DNA of 40,927 nt from positions 1 to 40,927 of IMG/VR virus record IMGVR_UViG_3300030207_003081, one strand, 5' to 3'. Position numbers and translations under genes: made by a program. The notes beneath the pieces were generated by a model. It was given only the letters and a program-made list of their open reading frames with translations. It did no database searches and was not told the origin of the DNA. Source of the stretch: a virus. Taxonomy: Duplodnaviria; Caudoviricetes. This document shows positions 33,727-40,927 of the stretch, piece after piece (the stretch's first letter is position 1; each line of letters opens with the position of its first letter).

Positions 33727-35131
33727 ACTCCCAGTCCGCTACATTTTTCAGCCGAACCCAGGACCACAGGAGGAGTTCTTCGAGGCGCCGGAAAGAGAAG
33801 TTTTGTATGGAGGCAGTGCGGGCTCTGGTAAATCTTACGCTCTTTTGATTGACCCGCTGCGCTACACTGACAATCCCAATCATGTCGCGTTAATTTTAAG
33901 GAGAACCAACGATGAGCTTAGGGAGCTTATACACAAATCTACAGAGCTTTACCCAAAAGCTGTCCCCGGCGCCAAGTGGTCTGAGCGAAAAAGCCAATGG
34001 ACTTTTCCTTCGGGTGCGCGGATTTGGATGTCGTATCTCGAGCAAGATAAAGACGTTCTTCGTTACCAAGGTCAGTCTTTTACGTGGGTGGGTTTCGATG
34101 AGCTTACACAGTATCCGACGCCGTTTGCGTGGGATTATCTCCGGTCTCGCCTACGTTCTACGGATCCGGAGATAGAGTTGTACATGCGGGCTACTAGCAA
34201 TCCAGGCGGCCCCGGTCACGCCTGGGTCCGCAAAATGTTCATTACCCCGTCAACGCCCGGTAAATCTTTTTGGGCAACGGATGTAGAAACCGGGGAGGTG
34301 TTGAAGTATCCGCAACGGCATAGCAAGGCGGGTAAGCCTCTTTTTCGTCGGCGTTTTATACCAGCACAGTTGAAAGACAATCCGTATCTTTACGAAAGCG
34401 GTGATTATGAAGCGATGCTACTGTCTCTGCCTGAGACACAGCGGAGGCAGTTACTAGAGGGTAACTGGGACATTGCCGAAGGGGCGGCCTTTACAGAGTT
34501 TGACAGAACCGTCCATGTGACTGAACCTTATGACATTCCTTATGGCTGGCGTAAATTCAGAGCATGCGATTACGGGTACGGCTCACATAGCGCAGTTTTA
34601 TGGTTTGCAGTGACACCAGAAAATACGCTGATTGTATATCGCGAGTTGTATGTAAGCAAAGTCTTAGCCGTTGATCTAGCTCGTATGATTTTAGAGTTAG
34701 AGCGAAACGACGGTAAAATATCTTACGGTGTTTTAGACTCAAGCTGCTGGCACAAACGAGGTGATACTGGCCCCTCTTTGGCAGAACAAATGATTTTGAC
34801 TGGGTGCAGATGGCGTCCTTCAGATAGAAGTAAAGGGACGCGAGTTAGCGGCAAAAACGAGCTACATAGGTTGCTCCAAGTTGACAGTGACACGGGCGAG
34901 CCAGGCATTACCTTTTTTTCAAACTGCGTGAATACTGTTGCCCAGCTTCCTGTTTTACCTCTCGACAAAAAAAATCCGGAAGACATAGACACGAACGCCG
35001 AAGATCATTTATACGATGCGTTACGATATGGAATTAGTTCGCGTCCTATCGCTCGTAATATATTCGATTTGGAAAAACCGACAGAAAGTTTAAAAAAGTT
35101 TCAACCGGCTGACCAAGTCTTCGGCTACTGA
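33542..35131 (+). CDS. terL: Terminase large subunit (start uncertain)
   Basis: YGGSAGSGKS Walker A, FDELT Walker B, ATSNPGG, RACDYG, EDHLYDALRY nuclease motifs. Confidence 0.93.
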   Translation: MSDQKRSEKTLPNSTTITPPKPKSVRKKKNSSSRASSTSPKKTASRPLISQASTKETPEPDELPVRYIFQPNPGPQEEFFEAPEREVLYGGSAGSGKSYALLIDPLRYTDNPNHVALILRRTNDELRELIHKSTELYPKAVPGAKWSERKSQWTFPSGARIWMSYLEQDKDVLRYQGQSFTWVGFDELTQYPTPFAWDYLRSRLRSTDPEIELYMRATSNPGGPGHAWVRKMFITPSTPGKSFWATDVETGEVLKYPQRHSKAGKPLFRRRFIPAQLKDNPYLYESGDYEAMLLSLPETQRRQLLEGNWDIAEGAAFTEFDRTVHVTEPYDIPYGWRKFRACDYGYGSHSAVLWFAVTPENTLIVYRELYVSKVLAVDLARMILELERNDGKISYGVLDSSCWHKRGDTGPSLAEQMILTGCRWRPSDRSKGTRVSGKNELHRLLQVDSDTGEPGITFFSNCVNTVAQLPVLPLDKKNPEDIDTNAEDHLYDALRYGISSRPIARNIFDLEKPTESLKKFQPADQVFGY

Positions 35132-35143
35132 TAAGGAACAGAG

Positions 35144-37270
35144 ATGGCTTACAACGACATGTCCTCCGTGGACACTGACGGCAACCCTATCGAAGTAGAT
35201 AGCGACGATGTCCGCTTGATGAATGGCTTGGCTGGCTATGTCCGCAAGCAATTCAATCGCGCAGAGGATGCGCGATACACCGAAGAATCTAAATGGATAA
35301 AAGCCTACAAAAATTATCGCGGCGTTTATGACGCCGATGTGCAATTTCTAGAAACAGAAAAATCTCGGGTTTTTATCAAAGTAACAAAAACTAAAGTGTT
35401 AGCCGCCTATAGTCAAATTGTTGACGTGCTACTAGCTAACGATACATTTCCAATCACAATCGAGCCATCTATCCTTCCAGAAGGGGTTGCTGAAAGCGTA
35501 TCTTTTGACCCGAAAGAACCACCGGATGTAGACACGGGGAGAGAGCCTGTTGATTTATACGGTTACGAGGGGGACGGACAGCCGCTGCCACCCGGCGCAA
35601 CTCAACAGACGTTGGAGGAGCGTCTCGGCCCACTAGAAGATCTACTGGGTGATGTGCCAAATTTACGTGAAGGCGAAGGCAAAACGCAGTCCTCTGTTAC
35701 TTTCCATCCAGCGATGATCGCCGCAAAAAAGATGGAAAAACAAATCAAAGATCAGCTAGAGGAATCACATGCCTCCACTCATCTGCGCTACTCTGCTTTC
35801 GAGTGCGCGCTTTTTGGAACTGGCATTATCAAAGGACCGTTTGCATCTACAAAAGAGTACCCAAACTGGGACGATGAGGGGGAGTACAACCCAACCCTGC
35901 GCACCGTGCCAGAAGTATCTCACACGTCTATTTGGGACTTCTACCCAGACCCGGACGGCTACACGATTAATGAATGCGATTTTATCATCGAGCGTCACAA
36001 GCTGACCCGCTCGCAGTTGCGTGCCCTGCGCCGTCGTCCGTTCTTCAACTCTGAGGCTATTGCAGAGGCTATCGACGAGGGCGAAAACTATGAAGTCAAA
36101 TGGTGGGAGTACGATCTCATTAATACTAATGAGGATAACAGCCGACCGTTTTCTACCAAGCGTTACGAGGCGCTTGAGTTCTGGGGTGTCATCGACCGGC
36201 AAACCGCTGATGATTACGCGATTGAGATTCCGGAAGAGTTTGAAGACGCGGAAGAACTTCACGTAAATATCTGGGAATGCAATGGCCAGATCCTGCGGTT
36301 CGTAATGAACCCGTTCACGCCAAAGCGTCTGCCGTACTCGGCCTGCCCTTACGAGGTCAACCCCTACAACATCTTCGGTATCGGCGTCGGCGAAAACATG
36401 GACGATACCCAAACCTTGATGAACGGCTTTATGCGGATGGCCGTCGATAACGCGGTACTGTCGGGTAACTTGCTTATTGAAGTAGATGAAACAAACCTGA
36501 CGCCGGGCCAAGACCTAACTGTGTACCCTGGCAAAGTGTTTCGTCGTCAGGGAGGAGCACCAGGCCAGGCAATCTTTGGCACTAAGTTTCCAAACGTGTC
36601 ATCAGAAAATATGATGCTGTTCGACAAAGCTCGCATCTTGGCTGATGAAAGCACAGGGATCCCCTCCTTTTCACATGGTCAGACAGGCGTCACCGGCATC
36701 GGCAGGACAGCCGCCGGCATCTCTATGCTTATGGGAGCAGCCGCAGGATCGATAAAAACCGTGGTGAAAAATTTTGACGATTACATGCTAAAACCACTCG
36801 GTGAGGCGCTGTTCCAATTCAATATGCAGTTTAATTACAATCCAGATATTAAGGGCGATTTGGAAGTACGTGCTCGCGGACTGGCATCTCTTATGCAGAA
36901 CGAAGTCAGATCGCAAAGGCTCATGTCTTTCTTGCAGATTACCAGTAATCCTGTTTTAGCACCTTTCGCTAAATTTCCTTACATTATACGTGAAATCGCT
37001 AGAACTATGAGCCTAGACCCAGAAAAGGTAACAAACACACCAGAGGAGATGCTACGTCAGGCAGCGCTGATGCAAGAGGCTCTTGAGCAGCAGCAACAGC
37101 AGCAGGGGGCAACAGGCCCGCTTGACATGACGGGCGGCGGCGGTGGCGTTCCAGGGGTTGGTGCGGCTGCGGTTCCGGGCGAGCAACAGTTCACAGGGGC
37201 GCCTCCAGCCGAGGAGCAGCTAGCTGAACCGCCACCGGGCGCGGGCCTACCGCCGGGGCTTCTGCAATAA
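35144..37270 (+). CDS. Portal protein
   Basis: 708 aa after TerL; KSRVF.KVTKTKVLAAY, FYPDP, FGIGV.ENM, RTAAGISML. Confidence 0.88.
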   Translation: MAYNDMSSVDTDGNPIEVDSDDVRLMNGLAGYVRKQFNRAEDARYTEESKWIKAYKNYRGVYDADVQFLETEKSRVFIKVTKTKVLAAYSQIVDVLLANDTFPITIEPSILPEGVAESVSFDPKEPPDVDTGREPVDLYGYEGDGQPLPPGATQQTLEERLGPLEDLLGDVPNLREGEGKTQSSVTFHPAMIAAKKMEKQIKDQLEESHASTHLRYSAFECALFGTGIIKGPFASTKEYPNWDDEGEYNPTLRTVPEVSHTSIWDFYPDPDGYTINECDFIIERHKLTRSQLRALRRRPFFNSEAIAEAIDEGENYEVKWWEYDLINTNEDNSRPFSTKRYEALEFWGVIDRQTADDYAIEIPEEFEDAEELHVNIWECNGQILRFVMNPFTPKRLPYSACPYEVNPYNIFGIGVGENMDDTQTLMNGFMRMAVDNAVLSGNLLIEVDETNLTPGQDLTVYPGKVFRRQGGAPGQAIFGTKFPNVSSENMMLFDKARILADESTGIPSFSHGQTGVTGIGRTAAGISMLMGAAAGSIKTVVKNFDDYMLKPLGEALFQFNMQFNYNPDIKGDLEVRARGLASLMQNEVRSQRLMSFLQITSNPVLAPFAKFPYIIREIARTMSLDPEKVTNTPEEMLRQAALMQEALEQQQQQQGATGPLDMTGGGGGVPGVGAAAVPGEQQFTGAPPAEEQLAEPPPGAGLPPGLLQ

Positions 37271-37504
37271 ATGGCTAAGAAAGAGATCACGTACAAAGAG
37301 TTAGCCGGATCTGTATCACATCCAGCTTACGGGGCCTACGAGCAGCACCTTGAGCAGACGCTGGAAAAGTACGTCCGAATTATGGAAAACACGGATAGCA
37401 CGGAGGCAATTTATAGGGCCCAGGGGGCAATCCGCTGTTTAAGACAATTGCTCAATTTGAAGGAAAATGTATTAGCTGATGTCAAAAGAAACAGAAACGA
37501 ATAG
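37271..37504 (+). CDS. Conserved small protein after portal
   Basis: IYRAQGAI..LR.L..LK motif. Confidence 0.75.
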   Translation: MAKKEITYKELAGSVSHPAYGAYEQHLEQTLEKYVRIMENTDSTEAIYRAQGAIRCLRQLLNLKENVLADVKRNRNE

Positions 37505-37637
37505 TGAAAACGAAAAAGCTCTCGTGGCCGATGAGACGGAGATCCAAAAAGAGCCGAAAAGTGAGCCGGTTCAATTAGAGTTATCTCCAATATGCCAACA
37601 GACGGAGAATTTATTCAATAGAAAAGGCGAAACCTAA
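37479..37637 (+). CDS. 52 aa acidic hypothetical protein (not in ORF track)
   Basis: MSKETETNSE...; fills gap; TAATG coupling to next ORF. Confidence 0.45.
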   Translation: MSKETETNSENEKALVADETEIQKEPKSEPVQLELSPICQQTENLFNRKGET

Positions 37638-37957
37638 TGACCATGATGAAACTCAATGTTCTCGGCACAAATGAACTCGATGACATGTTTACGCCACAAT
37701 ACTCAGTAGATGAGATGCCGCCGCAAGAAGCGGAGGGCGAAGCGCCATTCGGCGCTCTTCCAGAAGAAGTAGAGGATGATATACCTGTGATGTTGTCCGA
37801 GGGTGAATACGTGATGCCCGCTGATGTAGTTCGTTACTGGGGTATTAAGTTTTTAGAGGATCTTAGGGCTGAAGCAAAAAGCGGCCTGATGTTCATGCAG
37901 ATGGATGGGCGACTGCATTATGCCGACGAGGAAATGCCCGAGGAAAGCGACGACTGA
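37637..37957 (+). CDS. Virion-module protein with LSEGEYV domain
   Basis: P.GA..EEV.DDIP..LSEGEYVMPADVVRY.G. Confidence 0.75.
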   Translation: MTMMKLNVLGTNELDDMFTPQYSVDEMPPQEAEGEAPFGALPEEVEDDIPVMLSEGEYVMPADVVRYWGIKFLEDLRAEAKSGLMFMQMDGRLHYADEEMPEESDD

Positions 37958-39084
37958 TGCAAACTAACGTCAACGAGTTTCGCACCTTCGATTTTAATGT
38001 TGAGTTAAGTGATGCGGTCTTAGACTTCATAGCAACTGAGCTTGATTTAGCAAAAGAGTTTCCGTCGGAGATTGCTAAACAGGGCGGCGTTTTTTCACGC
38101 ATGAACTCTTATAGAGGACTCGCGGGGCAGACCCTGGATGTTTTTGGAGATCTTTCACTAAAAGGCATAGGCAAGATGGCAGCCTCGCAATTCGATCCCC
38201 TTGGCTTGGGCGGATTAGCGTTTAGTGCATTTTTTCCCAACCCCCCGGCCCCAGAAATTGTTAAAGGCATGGGCCCTATTGCGCAGCTAGGCCACCCGAT
38301 AGCGGACTTAGTTACTGCAAAGGTCATGGATCAGCACATCGAAAATATCCAACGTAGCAAGGGCAGAGATGCGGTTTTTGTGGACGGAGAGCTTGTTACG
38401 ATTAGTGAAAGTAAGTTGCCGGGAACCGACATTACCTTGCGCTCTATCACGGGCAATGCAGACATTACAGTGGAGCAGGTCGAACGAGCACAGGCCGTAA
38501 ATATAGATAACGTGCATCCCGAAACTAAACAAGCCACGTTGGCCGAAGTGTCCTCTGGTTTTATCGACACAGCAACTGGAAATTTTGTCAGCCGCAGTGG
38601 AGACATTTTTAGTTATGGGCCAGAAGGCGCAATGCGAGAGCTAGAGATTTCTAACCCTGCTGCGTATGCCCAAGCGATGGAGTCTCGCAAAACCGGATCC
38701 TTGAGCCGAGTGTTTGATAATATTGTGGATGCTTTTTTTGGCTCTACGCCCACTCCAAAAGATGTGATTGTCGAAGACCCCTTGGCGATAGGCCCAGAAA
38801 GTAGGCCGTCACAAGGGGCTGGCCCGACATATGAAACAAGGTCTGTGCCCGCCACAGATGCTAGAGGGCGTGGAATTATGTCTGGTAGGCCGGGCGTGCA
38901 AGTCATCTCAGGGATGGTTGAGACGGTGCGTAAAGACCCCGACCCAGCGCCAGCACCGGTAGATACGTCCCCAAATGACCCGTCCATTCCTGACGACATA
39001 GAGGGCGCGACAGAGCTAGATTTTGGGTACGAGGCATCCGATATGGCTGCCGACGACCCAGCTACGGACGAAGCAGAAGTTTAA
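37957..39084 (+). CDS. Putative virion protein
   Basis: 375 aa ORF, TGATG coupled, between portal and scaffold. Confidence 0.6.
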   Translation: MQTNVNEFRTFDFNVELSDAVLDFIATELDLAKEFPSEIAKQGGVFSRMNSYRGLAGQTLDVFGDLSLKGIGKMAASQFDPLGLGGLAFSAFFPNPPAPEIVKGMGPIAQLGHPIADLVTAKVMDQHIENIQRSKGRDAVFVDGELVTISESKLPGTDITLRSITGNADITVEQVERAQAVNIDNVHPETKQATLAEVSSGFIDTATGNFVSRSGDIFSYGPEGAMRELEISNPAAYAQAMESRKTGSLSRVFDNIVDAFFGSTPTPKDVIVEDPLAIGPESRPSQGAGPTYETRSVPATDARGRGIMSGRPGVQVISGMVETVRKDPDPAPAPVDTSPNDPSIPDDIEGATELDFGYEASDMAADDPATDEAEV

Positions 39085-39152
39085 AAAGATTGGGCAACCC
39101 AACACCCCTGCCATGAGGGCAGGCTACTGGAGGCCCCCACACGGAGAAGACC

Positions 39153-40028
39153 ATGTCGATGGAAAACGAACACGAACCTTCAGAAACACCTGCGTTGCAG
39201 GGCCACGTTGTACAGGCGAAGCGGCGCTACCGTCGTGCAGCCGATGAAGAACGCGAGCTAGACGAACTAATTAAAGCACGGGAATCAGAACGACAGGGAG
39301 GCGAGGCAGCAGAGCCCGACGACGATACAGAGGGCCTCGATGCTGAAGAGGCAACATTTAAAAAACGATACGGCGACTTGCGCCGGCACTCCCAGAAACT
39401 ACAAGAAGAGCACAAAAAAGAAATTGCGAAGCTGAAGGAGCAGCTTACTTCCGTTTCCTCCCAAGAAATGAAAATGCCTAAAACGCAAGAAGAATTAGAA
39501 GAATGGTCTAAACAGTACCCGGATGTTGCACAGATGGTAGAAACCATCGCGATGAAAAAATCCAAAGAATCTGCTGAAGGCATCGAAAAACAACTTGAAC
39601 AGCTACAAGAAATGCGTCGTGAGGTCGTCCGCGCTAAAGCAGAGCAAGAGCTAAAAGAACTACATCCTGACTATGAAAAAATCAGACAGGATCCGGAGTT
39701 TCACGAATGGGCGTCCGTGCAGCCACGCATGATTCAAGAGGCACTGTACGACAATCAAGACGACGCACTGGCGGCTGGCAAAGCGATTACCCTATACAAA
39801 GCAGAGATGAAGGGCCGTAAAAAGAGCCCTCCTCGTACAGAGGCAGCCGAAAGCGTTAGTCCTAAAAGTAAAACCCGCGCTGACGATCAAGCGGGGCAAC
39901 GTATCACGTTTTCTGAATCTATGGTCCGTAAGATGACCGCGCGTGAATACGACAAATACGAAGCCGATATTGAAAAAGCTATTCAAAACGGCACGTTCGA
40001 GTACGACATCAGTGGCGCTGCTCGATAA
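39153..40028 (+). CDS. Capsid scaffolding protein
   Basis: Coiled coil, FKKRYGDLRRH, HPD...I....FH.W, C-terminal F.YDISGAAR; directly before capsid gene. Confidence 0.8.
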   Translation: MSMENEHEPSETPALQGHVVQAKRRYRRAADEERELDELIKARESERQGGEAAEPDDDTEGLDAEEATFKKRYGDLRRHSQKLQEEHKKEIAKLKEQLTSVSSQEMKMPKTQEELEEWSKQYPDVAQMVETIAMKKSKESAEGIEKQLEQLQEMRREVVRAKAEQELKELHPDYEKIRQDPEFHEWASVQPRMIQEALYDNQDDALAAGKAITLYKAEMKGRKKSPPRTEAAESVSPKSKTRADDQAGQRITFSESMVRKMTAREYDKYEADIEKAIQNGTFEYDISGAAR

Positions 40029-40035
40029 AAAGAAC

Positions 40036-40066
40036 TTGACAGTTACAGGTAAATCTATATAACTAT
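40036..40066 (+). promoter_or_regulatory. Capsid promoter TTGACA-N16-TATAACTAT
   Basis: -35 at 40036-40041, -10 at 40058-40063. Confidence 0.75.
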
Positions 40067-40236
40067 TACCTGACAGGATAAATGTGGGCTGTCCCTCGTA
40101 GAGTAATCCGAGCCACGCAGCCCACATTACCTACTTTCCCAAGCCTAGCTACCCTTCGACGACACTGACCCCGCCTCGCGGTTACTCAGTTCGCGAATGC
40201 CCTGGACTTTAGCAGCCTTTTCCGTAGGAGGAACCA

Positions 40237-40927
40237 ATGGCTTTTCGTTCCGCCGCTGGTTATGCGAATTTACCGAATGGCAACTTTTCGCCAATCATTT
40301 ATAGCAAAAAGGTCCAGAACGCCTTTCGCAAGACCAGTGTTGTAGAGGACATTACCAACTCTGACTACTTCGGTGAGATCAGCAACTTTGGTGATACTGT
40401 CCGCATTATTAAAGAACCAGAAATCTCCGTGCAGGAATATTCGCGCGGCACCCAGATCGTCCCGCAAGAACTGGACGATGAAGACTTTACTCTTGTCGTT
40501 GACCAGGCCAATTACTTCGCCTTCAAAATCGACGACATTGAAGAAGCGCACAGCCACGTCAACTTCGAGGCTCTTGCTACCGACCGCGCCGGCTACCGCC
40601 TGCGTGACCAGTACGACCAAGAGGTTCTCGGTTACATGTGTGGCTTCAAGCAAGCCTCGCTGCATGCGAACGCCAGCACGGCTCGCGTTGCTGGTGACAA
40701 AGCCGGCACCGACCCGATCTCGACTGTCGATGCCGACGGCTTGCTGAATAGCATGAAGCTGACCTCCACCGACATGGGGGTCGGGTCCACCACTGCGAAC
40801 TCAATTCCGATTACGTCGTCCGTAACGAGCACTAACTCCTCGGCTCTGGCGATTCTCAATCGTATGGCCCGCAAGTTGGACCAACAGAACGTGGACCGCG
40901 ACGGTCGCTGGGTTGTGATCGACCCGG
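40237..40927 (+). CDS. Major capsid protein, 3'-truncated (not in ORF track)
   Basis: AGGAGG RBS; manual translation MAFRSAAGYANLPNGNFSPIIYSKKVQ...ITNSDYFGEI...GDTVRIIKEP...FKIDDIE..HSH; open to the window end. Confidence 0.9.
   Translation, partial: MAFRSAAGYANLPNGNFSPIIYSKKVQNAFRKTSVVEDITNSDYFGEISNFGDTVRIIKEPEISVQEYSRGTQIVPQELDDEDFTLVVDQANYFAFKIDDIEEAHSHVNFEALATDRAGYRLRDQYDQEVLGYMCGFKQASLHANASTARVAGDKAGTDPISTVDADGLLNSMKLTSTDMGVGSTTANSIPITSSVTSTNSSALAILNRMARKLDQQNVDRDGRWVVIDP

Noticed and set aside
1-40927. tRNA/rRNA genes, IS elements, reverse transcriptase, and the many antisense ORFs in the track
   Set aside because: No cloverleaf, transposase or RT motifs seen by eye; antisense ORFs lie opposite well-supported genes

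Overview
Most of the genome of a marine-type podovirus resembling the HMO-2011 group (SAR116/Roseobacter phages), circularly permuted so that it starts inside the internal-virion genes and ends inside the major capsid gene. The + strand carries internal virion proteins and lysis genes (1-9800). It also carries a methyltransferase, a cluster of tiny Lys-rich ORFs, terminase, portal, scaffold and capsid (28887-40927). The - strand carries early genes (28250-23550), primase, helicase, a family A DNA polymerase with a DnaJ-like CxxCxGxG insertion, SSB-like protein, nucleases and a class II RNR. It ends with a formyltransferase/aminotransferase/glycosyltransferase-like sugar cassette. The most striking signal is four near-identical 62-63 nt elements in the early operon (26010-27833). 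On the - strand each folds into a complete type II hammerhead ribozyme with a pseudoknot, and each sits between the stop codon of one gene and the ribosome-binding site of the next. This suggests a ribozyme-punctuated operon that cuts its own early mRNA into gene-sized units. All protein family calls are from motif recognition by eye, without database searches.
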